NCBI GenBank assembly: GCA_965284505.1
Contig: OZ260094.1
Location: forward strand, 1,443,733 to 1,507,732
Source of the DNA: Pseudomonadaceae bacterium
Lineage (GTDB): Bacteria; Pseudomonadota; Gammaproteobacteria; Pseudomonadales; Pseudomonadaceae
DNA: 64,000 nt
Reading direction: 5' to 3'
Below are positions 11,384 through 20,742 of the stretch, piece after piece. The position numbers and the translations under genes are program-made. Below the pieces are notes generated by a model. That model was not told where the DNA came from. It ran no database searches and was given only the letters and a program-made list of their open reading frames with translations. How positions within the stretch are numbered: position 1 is the first letter of the stretch; each line of letters opens with the position of its first letter.

Positions 11384-14100
11384 TGAACCGCCAGACGACT
11401 GCCTCGACCTGCTGCTACTGCGGCGTGGGCTGCGGCGTGCTGATCGAGCATGACGGCGCGCAGATCCTCGGCGTCAGCGGCGACCCGGCGCACCCGGCCA
11501 ACTTCGGCAAGCTGTGCAGCAAGGGCTCGACCCTGCACCTGACAGGCGATCTCGCGGCCCGCGCCCTGTACCCGGAACTGCGCCTGGGCAAGGGCCTGGC
11601 CCGCAGTCGTACCGATTGGGACAGCGCCCTCGACCACGCCGCCGCTGTATTTACCCGGACCATCGCAGAACATGGCCCTGACAGTGTGGCCTTCTACATC
11701 TCGGGGCAATTGCTGACCGAGGATTACTACGCCTTCAACAAACTCGCCCGGGCCCTGGTGGGCACCAACAACATCGACAGCAACTCGCGCCTGTGCATGT
11801 CCTCCGCCGTGGTCGGCTACAAACGCAGCCTCGGCGCCGACGCCCCGCCCTGCAGCTACGAAGACCTGGAACTGAGCGATTGCGTGATGATCGTCGGCAG
11901 TAACATGGCCTACGCCCATCCGGTGCTGTTTCGCCGCCTGGAACAGGCGAAAGCGCGCCGACCACAGATGAAAGTCATCGTCATCGACCCGCGCCGCACC
12001 GACACCTGCGACCTGGCCGATCTGCACCTGGCGATTCTGCCGGGCAGCGACGTCGCCCTGTTTCACGGAATCCTGCACCTGCTGCTGTGGGAAGGCTGGA
12101 CCGATCGCGCATTCATCGAGGCCCACACCGAGGGCCTGGCGCACCTGAAAAGCCTGGTACACGACTACACCCCTGCGATGGTGGCGCAACTGTGCGGGAT
12201 CAGCGTCGAGCACCTGCAACAGTGCGCCCGGTGGGTCGGCACGTCGCCGAGCTTCCTGTCGCTGTGGTGCATGGGCCTGAATCAATCCACCGCCGGCAGC
12301 GCGAAAAACAGCGCGCTGATCAACCTGCACCTGGCCACCGGGCAAATCGGCCGCCCCGGTGCCGGACCTTTCTCGCTCACCGGTCAGCCGAATGCCATGG
12401 GCGGCCGCGAGACCGGCAGCCTGTCCAACCTGCTGCCGGGGCATCGCGACGCAGCCAATGCCGGGCATCGCGCCGAGGTCGCAGAATACTGGGGCGTCGA
12501 CAGCCTGCCGGAGAAACCCGGTCTCAGCGCCATCGAACTGTTCGAGCAAGTCCGCAGCGGACAGATCAAGGCCCTATGGATCGCCTGCACCAACCCGGCG
12601 CAGTCGTTGCCTGATCAACAGCATGTGCGTGCCGCCCTCGAGGCCTGCCCGTTCGTGGTCCTGCAAGAGGCCTTCCGCACCACTGAAACCGCGCCCTTCG
12701 CCGACCTGTTGCTGCCCGCCGCCAGTTGGGGCGAGAAAGAAGGCACGGTGACCAACTCCGAACGGCGCATTTCCCACGTACGCCGCGCCATTACCCCACC
12801 CGGTGAAGCACGAGCGGATTGGGCGATCACCGTGGATTTCGCACAACGCCTGGAGAAACAGCTGCGTCCGGGACAGCTCGGCCTGTTTGCGTTCGATCAT
12901 CCAACGCAGCTTTTCGACGAGTTCAAATACCTGACCCAAGGCCGTGATCTCGATCTGTCGGGGATCAGCCACCGACTGATCGACCAGTTGGGCCCGCAGC
13001 AATGGCCCTTCCCCCAAGGCGCCACAGCGGGAACGCCACGGCTTTATAGCGATGGGATTTTTCCCACTGCCAACGGTCGTGCGCGGTTCATTGCCGATCC
13101 TTACCACGCCGCCAAGGAGCAGCGTGACGCGCACTACCCCCTGACCCTGATTACCGGGCGCCTGCGCGATCAGTGGCATGGCATGAGCCGCACCGGCACT
13201 GCCGCGCAACTGTTCGGGCACGTCAGCGAAGCGCTGTTGAGCCTGCACCCGGACGACCTGCGCGACCAGCACTTGAACAGCGGCGATCTGGTCAGCCTGC
13301 AGAGTCGTCGAGGCAGCGTGATTGTGGCGGTCGGTGCGGATGACAGCGTGCGCCCGGGCCAGGCTTTTCTGCCCATGCACTGGGGCGATCGTTTTCTCAA
13401 GGGCGGGGTCAACGTCCTGACCCAACCGGCGTTCGACCCACTGTCCAAACAACCGGAACTGAAGCACAGCGGCGTGCGCATCGAACCCGTCACCCTGGCG
13501 TGGAACCTGTTTGCCTTGGTTGAGGGCAATGTTCAACAGCACTTCGAGGCGCTTCGCCCCCTATGCGAGGACTTTGCCTACGTCAGCCTCAGCCTTGCCG
13601 GACGCGAACGCCCGGCACTGCTGATCCGCGCCGCCAGCGCCCAGGCACCGGATCCGCAACGCCTGCAGATCATCGATCAATTGCTGGGGCTCGACGCCGG
13701 GCCGGTGCTGGCCTACGACGATCCACGGCGCTCGATCGGCAAACGGGTGCGCATCGAACAGGGGCGCATCACCGCGATCCGTCTGGCGGGCGAAACCCTG
13801 GCCCAGCATTGGTTGCAGCGCCTGTGGCTGGAAGGTCGCGCCGACGCTCAGTTGCGGCGCTGGCTGCTGGCGCCGTTAAGCGCGCCTCCAGGCGGCGATG
13901 GCGGTGTGCCCGGCGGGCAAAAAATCCTCTGCAACTGCAAGAACGTCAGCCAGGGCGCGGTCTGCGCGGGAATCAAAGACGGCCTGAATCTGCAGGAACT
14001 GAAACAACAACTGGGCTGCGGCACGCAATGCGGCTCCTGTGTCCCGGAAATCAAGCGTCTATTGGCCGCCAACGTGCAGCCGTTAGCCATCACCTCGTGA
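11383..14100 (+). CDS. nasC: Assimilatory nitrate reductase, molybdopterin catalytic subunit with C-terminal BFD-like [2Fe-2S] domain
   Basis: TCCYCGVGCG..LCSKG Fe-S motif, NSRLCMSSA, GQPNAMGGRE, C-terminal CNC...CGTQCGSC. Start overlaps the nirB stop (TGATG). Confidence 0.93.
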   Translation: MNRQTTASTCCYCGVGCGVLIEHDGAQILGVSGDPAHPANFGKLCSKGSTLHLTGDLAARALYPELRLGKGLARSRTDWDSALDHAAAVFTRTIAEHGPDSVAFYISGQLLTEDYYAFNKLARALVGTNNIDSNSRLCMSSAVVGYKRSLGADAPPCSYEDLELSDCVMIVGSNMAYAHPVLFRRLEQAKARRPQMKVIVIDPRRTDTCDLADLHLAILPGSDVALFHGILHLLLWEGWTDRAFIEAHTEGLAHLKSLVHDYTPAMVAQLCGISVEHLQQCARWVGTSPSFLSLWCMGLNQSTAGSAKNSALINLHLATGQIGRPGAGPFSLTGQPNAMGGRETGSLSNLLPGHRDAANAGHRAEVAEYWGVDSLPEKPGLSAIELFEQVRSGQIKALWIACTNPAQSLPDQQHVRAALEACPFVVLQEAFRTTETAPFADLLLPAASWGEKEGTVTNSERRISHVRRAITPPGEARADWAITVDFAQRLEKQLRPGQLGLFAFDHPTQLFDEFKYLTQGRDLDLSGISHRLIDQLGPQQWPFPQGATAGTPRLYSDGIFPTANGRARFIADPYHAAKEQRDAHYPLTLITGRLRDQWHGMSRTGTAAQLFGHVSEALLSLHPDDLRDQHLNSGDLVSLQSRRGSVIVAVGADDSVRPGQAFLPMHWGDRFLKGGVNVLTQPAFDPLSKQPELKHSGVRIEPVTLAWNLFALVEGNVQQHFEALRPLCEDFAYVSLSLAGRERPALLIRAASAQAPDPQRLQIIDQLLGLDAGPVLAYDDPRRSIGKRVRIEQGRITAIRLAGETLAQHWLQRLWLEGRADAQLRRWLLAPLSAPPGGDGGVPGGQKILCNCKNVSQGAVCAGIKDGLNLQELKQQLGCGTQCGSCVPEIKRLLAANVQPLAITS

Positions 14101-14110
14101 GGAATCGAAC

Positions 14111-14872
14111 ATGAGCGCAAAAGTCTGGCTGGTCGGTGCGGGCCCCGGTGACCCCGAATTGCTGACCCTCAAGGCCGTACGGGCGTTAAGGGCTGCGGAT
14201 GTGGTGATGATCGATGACCTGGTCAATCCCGCCGTACTGGAACATTGCCCCCAGGCACGGGTGATTGCCGTCGGCAAACGTGGCGGTTGCCGCTCGACGC
14301 CGCAGGCATTCATCCATCGCCTGATGCTGCGCTACGCCCGCCAGGGCAAGTGCGTAGTGCGACTGAAAGGCGGAGACCCGTGCATTTTCGGGCGCGGTGG
14401 CGAGGAAGCGCAATGGTTGCGCGAACGGGACATTGAAGTCGAACTGGTCAATGGCATCACCGCCGGCCTGGCGGGCGCCACGCAATGTGATATCTCCCTG
14501 ACCCTGCGCGGCGTGGCGCGCGGCGTGACCCTGGTGACCGCCCATACCCAGGACGACAGCGAACTCAACTGGCGCGCCCTGGCGCAAGGCGGCACGACAC
14601 TGGTGATCTACATGGGGGTGGCCAAGCTGGCGGACATTCGTCAGCAACTGCTGGCCGGCGGGATGGCGGCAGATACGCCGGTGGCGATGATCGAAAATGC
14701 CTCATTGCCCCATCAGCGCGAATGTAGGAGTGATCTCACAAACATGCAGGACGACGCCCACAGCTTCCAGCTGAAAAGCCCGTCTATCCTGGTGATCGGT
14801 GCAGTGGCAGCATGCACAGCTACTGAACAGGCCCTTCCTGAGCACGACTGGAGCGCCAGCGCAGCGATGTAA
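14111..14872 (+). CDS. cobA: Uroporphyrinogen-III C-methyltransferase (siroheme pathway)
   Basis: VWLVGAGPGDPELLTLKA, RLKGGDPCIFGRGGEE. Confidence 0.93.
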   Translation: MSAKVWLVGAGPGDPELLTLKAVRALRAADVVMIDDLVNPAVLEHCPQARVIAVGKRGGCRSTPQAFIHRLMLRYARQGKCVVRLKGGDPCIFGRGGEEAQWLRERDIEVELVNGITAGLAGATQCDISLTLRGVARGVTLVTAHTQDDSELNWRALAQGGTTLVIYMGVAKLADIRQQLLAGGMAADTPVAMIENASLPHQRECRSDLTNMQDDAHSFQLKSPSILVIGAVAACTATEQALPEHDWSASAAM

Positions 14873-14892
14873 AACCTGAATCGCAGGCAAAG

Positions 14893-14918
14893 AAAAACCC
14901 GGCCGAGGCCGGGTTTTT
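14893..14918. terminator. Bidirectional terminator between cobA and oprF
   Basis: AAAAACCCGGCC-GA-GGCCGGGTTTTT. Confidence 0.88.
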
Positions 14919-14935
14919 CAGAGCTGCGAAGCTAA

Positions 14936-15910
14936 TTACTTAGCTTGAGCTTCAACCTGCGCTTCTACGCGACGGTTAACAGCGCGGCCAGCTTCAGTTG
15001 CGTTGTCAGCAACTGGGCGGGATTCGCCGTAACCAACGGAGCTAACGCGGCTAGCTTCGATACCGTCTTTGACCAGGACTTGTTTCACAGCGTCAGCACG
15101 ACGCTGGGACAGCTTCTGGTTGTAAGCGTCTGGACCTACGGAGTCAGTGTGACCTTCAACCACGGTGGTGGTCTGTGGGTACTGCTTCATGAAGTCAGCC
15201 AGGTTTTTCACGTCAGCGTAGCTGTTTGGCTTAACAACGGATTTGTCGAAGTCAAACTTGACGTCCAGCTCAACGCGTACCACTTCAGCAACCGGAGCTT
15301 CTGGCTCTGGCTCTGGAGCCGGTGCCGGAGCTACTACTGGAGCTACTGCGCCGGCGTTGCCGCCGAAGTTCACACCCAGACCAACCAGGGCCGAGTAGTC
15401 CCACTTGCCGTTGTCCATAGCGTAGTCAGCTTCAACGCCGGCACGTGCGAACAGGTTGTCGGTGAAGTAGTACTTAACACCGGTACCAACGATGGCCAGA
15501 GTGCTCTGGTCGCGACCGCTGTGGCCGTCAGCCTGCACGTTGGTGCGGCTCTGGTGACCGAAACCACCGGAAACGTATGGACGCAGGGAATCTACGCCAG
15601 CCTGACCGAAGTGGTAGGTACCCAGCAGGGAACCAGTGTCACCTTTGATCTTCTGGTTGCCAGTACCGTCGTTCGAACGGGTGTGGTGGGTCTGATCGTA
15701 GTTCAGATCGATCGAAACGTCGTCGGTCAGGAAGTAACCGATACGAGCGCCTGGGTTGAAGCCGTCTTCGATGTGCTTGACGCTATCGTTGTACTGCTTC
15801 TTGTAGAACAGCTCGCCTTCAACTGCGCCTTGGCCTTGTGCCAGAACGCCGAAAGAAGTAGCGGCAATAAGAGAACCAATGGCCAAGCCCAAGGTGTTTT
15901 TCAGTTTCAT
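14936..15910 (-). CDS. oprF: Outer membrane porin OprF (short, cysteine-free form)
   Basis: MKLKNTLGLAIGSLIAA signal, PAPAPEPEPE linker, OmpA domain (FDFDKS, EGHTDSVG, LSQRRA, NRRVE). Confidence 0.96.
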   Translation of the reverse strand: MKLKNTLGLAIGSLIAATSFGVLAQGQGAVEGELFYKKQYNDSVKHIEDGFNPGARIGYFLTDDVSIDLNYDQTHHTRSNDGTGNQKIKGDTGSLLGTYHFGQAGVDSLRPYVSGGFGHQSRTNVQADGHSGRDQSTLAIVGTGVKYYFTDNLFARAGVEADYAMDNGKWDYSALVGLGVNFGGNAGAVAPVVAPAPAPEPEPEAPVAEVVRVELDVKFDFDKSVVKPNSYADVKNLADFMKQYPQTTTVVEGHTDSVGPDAYNQKLSQRRADAVKQVLVKDGIEASRVSSVGYGESRPVADNATEAGRAVNRRVEAQVEAQAK

Positions 15911-16017
15911 CCGTTAAATCCCCATCTGGTGATTGTAAAGCAGTCCCACAAACCGGGGGACAACTCGGCGACAAGTCTATCAGAACTTGCCTACACGTAA
16001 GAGATATTTGCGCCGAA

Positions 16018-16608
16018 CTAAGTTTCAGCGATGCCTGCAAATTTCTCACGCAATTTATCTAGAGCGCGTTTGTACCGCATTTTTGTTGCACTCAAACCCA
16101 TGTGCATGATGTCTGCGATCTCCTGGAACTCCAGCTCTGCGACAAATCGTAGCACCAGAATTTCCCGGTCAATCGGGTTCACATACACCAGCCAGCGATC
16201 GAGTCCACCCTTTTCCTCAGGTTTCGGCGCCTTTTCTTCCGACGCCTCCTCGAGGGGGTCCAGACTCAAAGCGTCCATCAAGCGACGCTTACGCCGTTCC
16301 TTTCGATACTGTGTAATGCATTCGTTGTACGTGATGCTATATAGCCATGTCTTGAACTTCGATTTGCCCTCGAAGTTCTTCAGACCATACAGCACCTTCA
16401 GCATCACTTCCTGACAGACATCATCTGCGTCGCGATCGTTCCCAAGATATCGTGCACAGACGTTAAATAAAGTTCTCTGGTAACGCCGCATCAGCTCTTC
16501 GTAGGCGCGCGTTACGTGAAACAGCTCGGTGTGCGAGCGCGCGACCAACTCCTCATCAGAGAGCTCGCGGGGGTCGTAGCGCGTGGATAGCGATTGGGCT
16601 TTATTCAA
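16018..16608 (-). CDS. sigX: ECF sigma factor SigX
   Basis: ECF regions 2 and 4 (DDVCQEVMLKV, FKTWLYSITYNEC); directly upstream of oprF; TTG start. Confidence 0.95.
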   Translation of the reverse strand: MNKAQSLSTRYDPRELSDEELVARSHTELFHVTRAYEELMRRYQRTLFNVCARYLGNDRDADDVCQEVMLKVLYGLKNFEGKSKFKTWLYSITYNECITQYRKERRKRRLMDALSLDPLEEASEEKAPKPEEKGGLDRWLVYVNPIDREILVLRFVAELEFQEIADIMHMGLSATKMRYKRALDKLREKFAGIAET

Positions 16609-16699
16609 AACAAGTCGGGCCGACAGTCAGGTCAATGTCCACCGCAGCCCAAGGGTATCGGGCATTTTGCGGCGGCATACATTAGCAGGGTTTGCCGGG

Positions 16700-17524
16700 T
16701 TAGCGGCTACTAACATGCTGCTCCAGGAGGATCCGATTAGACAGTGAGACTAGCTCACCCTCATCGGTCAGCAATGTAGTTTTAACCGTGCCGATCTCTT
16801 CGATCTGCCCTTCGACCTCGCCAACACGCACTTGTTGCCCAACCTCGTACAGCTCACGCACATAGATGCCCGCAAGAATCTGACCGGCAATTTCCCGGCT
16901 CCCCAAACCCATGGCCAAGGCAACAGCCAGACCAACGGTTATCAATACGATGACAATGACATGGTTCAGCAGGTCGGTCTTGACCTCCAACTGACTGATC
17001 GCCACCGAAATACTGATGATGATCACCAGGCCCTGGGCAATTCGACCCAGGCCCGACGCGTAGTCCAGACCTACCCCTTCAGCGGCACCGCGCACCAGGC
17101 CATTGGCCAGTTGCGCCAGCAAAACCCCCACCAGCAACACCAGCGCGCCACCGAACACTTTCGGCAAATACAGCGCAAGCATATCGAGCGTAGCCGAAAC
17201 TCGCTCCAAGCCAAGGGATTCGGCGGCAGAAACCAGAAAAATAAGTAAAACGAACCAATAGACGATCTTGCCGATCAGGGTCGAGATCGGCACCTGCAGC
17301 CCTGCACGGGACATCAGCTTGGTCAGGCCGGTGCCGCCCATCAGCCGATCCAGGCCCAGTTTTGCCAGCAATTTCGACAACAGCGTGTCCAGCAACTTGG
17401 CCACGACAAAACCCAGCAGCAGCACCACCAGGGCGCCGAACAGGTTGGGAATGAAGTTCGCGACTTTGGTCCACAAGGCGGTCATTGCCGTGACGAGGCT
17501 CTGAGTCCAGAGATCAAGTTCCAT
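16700..17524 (-). CDS. cmpX: CmpX, MscS-related membrane protein
   Basis: MELDLWTQSLV..., multiple TM helices, MscS-like C-terminus; known synteny. Confidence 0.9.
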   Translation of the reverse strand: MELDLWTQSLVTAMTALWTKVANFIPNLFGALVVLLLGFVVAKLLDTLLSKLLAKLGLDRLMGGTGLTKLMSRAGLQVPISTLIGKIVYWFVLLIFLVSAAESLGLERVSATLDMLALYLPKVFGGALVLLVGVLLAQLANGLVRGAAEGVGLDYASGLGRIAQGLVIIISISVAISQLEVKTDLLNHVIVIVLITVGLAVALAMGLGSREIAGQILAGIYVRELYEVGQQVRVGEVEGQIEEIGTVKTTLLTDEGELVSLSNRILLEQHVSSR

Positions 17525-17526
17525 AT

Positions 17527-17772
17527 TCAATCAGCCTTATCAGCAGTGCGAGCAGAGGTTTTTTTACGGGAAACCGGCGAGACATGGGCCGATCCGTTAT
17601 TCAGGGCGATCATCAGCGCGGGCAGCCAGCGGCCCAGCAGGCTGAACAGGTCACCGGCGCCGACCTGGCGATTGGCGGTTTTCAGCACACGCCCCAGGCA
17701 CGCATCATCGTCGCGAGTGGACGGGGACGCCTGGAGCATGTCACGCAAAGACTGTTCAAACGGATCGTGCAT
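17527..17772 (-). CDS. crfX: CrfX small protein
   Basis: MHDPFEQSLRDML...VLKTANRQVGAGDLFSLLG; lies between cmaX and cmpX. Confidence 0.85.
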   Translation of the reverse strand: MHDPFEQSLRDMLQASPSTRDDDACLGRVLKTANRQVGAGDLFSLLGRWLPALMIALNNGSAHVSPVSRKKTSARTADKAD

Positions 17773-17835
17773 ACGCACCTCTCGTGATATCTGTGAAAGA
17801 CGCGATCAAATTTCCCCGGGTCACATGACACGCCT

Positions 17836-18831
17836 TCATACCCAGCGCAAACGCCGGAACAACCACCACTGGCCGAGCGCCACCGAGACCATCAGCAGGC
17901 ACGCTACCAGGAAGCCATAGGGGCTTTCGGAGAACGGAATGCCACCGACGTTGATACCCAGCAGACCGGTCAGGAAACTCATCGGCAAAAAGATGCCGGT
18001 GATGATCCCGAAACGGTACATGGTGCGATTCATCTTCACCGAAAGACGCCGGTCTTCGGCCTCCAACACCAGCCCCACGCGCTCTCGGGTCAGTTCCAGC
18101 TCTTCGAGATAACGGGTCAGGCTGTTGTTCAATTCGTTCCAGTAGTCGCCGTCGTCCTCGACGAACCATGGCAATTTGATCCGCGTCAGCTGGCCGAAAA
18201 TATCCCGCTGCGGCGCGAGAAAACGCTTGAGCCCGGCCGCCCGCCGACGGATCTGCAGAATCGAGCCATGCTCCGGGGTATACCGTTCGTCGGTATCCAG
18301 CCTTTCCTCTTCTTCATCGACCACTTCCGAGAGGTCGCCGACCAGATCCTGCACCTTGTGGGTGAGGTACTGCGCCATATAAAGGATGAGTTCGGAGGTG
18401 GTCCTGGGTCCCTTGCCATCCGCCAGTTGCACCAGCAACTCGTCAGTGGCGCGCAAGGGTCGCAGACGCAGGGAAATGACCCGTTGGGCGGAAGCGAAGA
18501 TGCGCACCGAGACCATGTCTTCCGGTTCGGCACCCGGGTTGAGGTTGACCCCGCGCAGGAACAGCAACAGCTCGGAATCCGGCAGCGCCAGCAGGCGCGG
18601 CCGGGTGTTTTCTTCGAGCAGCAGGTCGCAACTGAACTCACTCAGGCCGCTGGATTTGCGCAGCCAGGTCTGGGTTTGCGGGTGACTGCGATCCCAGTGC
18701 AACCAAAGGCTTTCGTGGGCTTGCAGTTGCAGGTCATCGAGTTCAGTCCGGGCAATCGAACGCGCACCGCCTTTGCCATCCAGTACCAGGGCGTGAACCA
18801 GCCCCCACTGCGCGTTTTCTTCCTCGAACAT
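17836..18831 (-). CDS. cmaX: CmaX, CorA/ZntB-family divalent cation transporter
   Basis: FLPMSFLTGLLGINVGGIP (ZntB-type GIN motif); two C-terminal TM helices. Confidence 0.9.
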   Translation of the reverse strand: MFEEENAQWGLVHALVLDGKGGARSIARTELDDLQLQAHESLWLHWDRSHPQTQTWLRKSSGLSEFSCDLLLEENTRPRLLALPDSELLLFLRGVNLNPGAEPEDMVSVRIFASAQRVISLRLRPLRATDELLVQLADGKGPRTTSELILYMAQYLTHKVQDLVGDLSEVVDEEEERLDTDERYTPEHGSILQIRRRAAGLKRFLAPQRDIFGQLTRIKLPWFVEDDGDYWNELNNSLTRYLEELELTRERVGLVLEAEDRRLSVKMNRTMYRFGIITGIFLPMSFLTGLLGINVGGIPFSESPYGFLVACLLMVSVALGQWWLFRRLRWV

Positions 18832-18854
18832 CCTCACCCCTGTCTGGTCGGTAT

Positions 18855-19346
18855 TTATTCAGGCATTTTCAGCGGGCTTGGCGAAACGATCACGCCGTTA
18901 TTGTCCGCATAAATGTACTGACCCGGATGGAAAGTGATGCCCGCGAATGTCACCGGCACGTTCATGTCGCCGAGACCGCGACGGTCAGTCTTCTTCGGAT
19001 GGCTGGCAAGCGCCTGCACCCCGAGGTCGGTTTGCGCAATCACGTCGACATCGCGGATGCAGCCGTAGATCACCAGGCCTTCCCAGCCGTTTTTCGCCGC
19101 CCGCTCGGCAATCATGTCGCCCAGCAGCGCGCAACGCAGGGAGCCGCCGCCGTCGACGACGAGCACCTTGCCCTTGCCATCGAGTTCAGCCTGTTCCTTG
19201 ACCCGCGAGTTGTCTTCAAAGCACTTGATGGTCACGATTTCGCCGCCGAAGGAATCACGGCCGCCAAAATTGCTGAACATGGGCTCCAGCACCTGCACCA
19301 GTTCCGGGTAGGCATCGCACAGGTCGGGAGTGATGTAATGATTCAT
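18855..19346 (-). CDS. rraA: RraA/MenG-family protein
   Basis: [34 protein letters not shown]. Confidence 0.92.
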   Translation of the reverse strand: MNHYITPDLCDAYPELVQVLEPMFSNFGGRDSFGGEIVTIKCFEDNSRVKEQAELDGKGKVLVVDGGGSLRCALLGDMIAERAAKNGWEGLVIYGCIRDVDVIAQTDLGVQALASHPKKTDRRGLGDMNVPVTFAGITFHPGQYIYADNNGVIVSPSPLKMPE

Positions 19347-19541
19347 CGAGAAACTCCTGTAAAGAGGAAGACAACCGAGGCTGTCACCTTAAATGAAACG
19401 AGCGCCGAGAGGTGTGGTTTAACGCGCATTTACCACGAACACCAGGCCAGCGTTGCCACGTAAAGTGACCAGAAAAGCTCAATTCGTCATATCTTAACCG
19501 TTGACCGCCCGAAGCGAAACGCCCTTGTCAGAGCCCTCGCG

Positions 19542-20531
19542 TCAGCTGGCGGCGGCCAGATCGGAGGTATTTTCCAGCAGCGGCGCTTGCGGATTCGCCA
19601 GCCAACGCTGAACCAGCGGCCAAACCTCGGCTTGCGCGGCCTTGCTGACGAGCATTTCGACATGCCCGAAGTTGTCGGCAAAGCCTTGCTCACGGCCCAG
19701 GCAAACAAACTGTTTATGCGCCGAACCGATCTGCGCGAACAGCTTGCGACAGGCCCAGTCCGGATCCTGGTGATCGTTGCTGCCACTGACCGCCAACACC
19801 GGCACCGTGACCTCGGCGAGGCCAGACCACCAGTCCTTGTCGGCATCGCCAAAGCGACCGAACAAGCCGTACCAGCGCATGCTTTCGATGGCCAGGCCGA
19901 TCGGTTCGTCTTCCGGCCCACGCTTGAGGCGCGAACCCGACAACTGGGCGAAACGCTTGAGAATGAAGCGCCCGCTCCACTCCACCGGTGGAATTTTCAG
20001 CGGCCAATAGGTGCGGCTGACCTGGGTGCCGAAAAATGCCGCACTGGCGACCTCGGCTTCAGTCAGGTACTGCCCACCCAACGCCGCCGCCAGGGTGATG
20101 CCGCCCAGGGAGTGGCCGATCCAGTGCGGCGCCTGCCCGCTTTGCTCGCGAACAAACGCGGCGATGGCCGGCAGGTCATAGCGGGCGTAGTCGGCGACCC
20201 GGTTCTTGCGGTATTGCTGATTGCGCGCGGACAAGCCATGGCCGCGCATTTCCGGGATCCACACATCAAAACCGGCGCGCGCCAGGTGCGCGCCCAAGCC
20301 CAACCCCTTGGGGGAAAACCAGAACCGCCGGTTGGAAAAGCTGCCGTGCAGCAAAATCACCGGAACCCCGCGCAAGGCGGGCTCGTCGGCCATGCCCAGG
20401 CGGGTGACCGCGATCTCGACGGTGAAATCGGGGCTGTTGCCCGGTTTCAGGCGATAGACGTCCTCGCTCAGATCGCCGCGACGTTCGGCGCTGATCAAGG
20501 CGACTGGAAACAGGTTGCTGCTGCTTTGCAT
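19542..20531 (-). CDS. estX: Alpha/beta-hydrolase (EstX-like esterase)
   Basis: LLHGSFSNRRFW and GHSLGG nucleophile elbow; position in the estX-menG-cmaX cluster. Confidence 0.8.
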   Translation of the reverse strand: MQSSSNLFPVALISAERRGDLSEDVYRLKPGNSPDFTVEIAVTRLGMADEPALRGVPVILLHGSFSNRRFWFSPKGLGLGAHLARAGFDVWIPEMRGHGLSARNQQYRKNRVADYARYDLPAIAAFVREQSGQAPHWIGHSLGGITLAAALGGQYLTEAEVASAAFFGTQVSRTYWPLKIPPVEWSGRFILKRFAQLSGSRLKRGPEDEPIGLAIESMRWYGLFGRFGDADKDWWSGLAEVTVPVLAVSGSNDHQDPDWACRKLFAQIGSAHKQFVCLGREQGFADNFGHVEMLVSKAAQAEVWPLVQRWLANPQAPLLENTSDLAAAS

Positions 20532-20608
20532 ATTCTTCTTGCACAAAAAAGGGCGGCATCCAGAGGAGCCCGCCCTGCTTTAAATCCGAACGACGCCCCG
20601 CCCAACCT

Positions 20609-20709
20609 TGTAGGAGCGAGCTTGCTCGCGAAGGACTTCAGATCGACGCGTTTATCCATTGAAAACCACGTCATCGTTGACGACCTTCGCGAGCAAGCTC
20701 GCTCCTACA
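20609..20709. repeat. REPIN (inverted REP pair)
   Basis: TGTAGGAGCGAGCTTGCTCGCGAA ... TTCGCGAGCAAGCTCGCTCCTACA. Confidence 0.92.
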
Positions 20710-20742
20710 AAATCAGAGGAGGGAGCCGCTCACACTACATCA

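Noticed and set aside
14936-20531. estX-rraA-cmaX-crfX-cmpX-sigX-oprF as a novel envelope system
   Set aside because: Well-described conserved Pseudomonas locus.
20609-20709. Repeated ~24-bp units as a possible CRISPR array
   Set aside because: They are dispersed inverted pairs (REP/REPIN), not direct repeats with unique spacers, and there are no cas genes.
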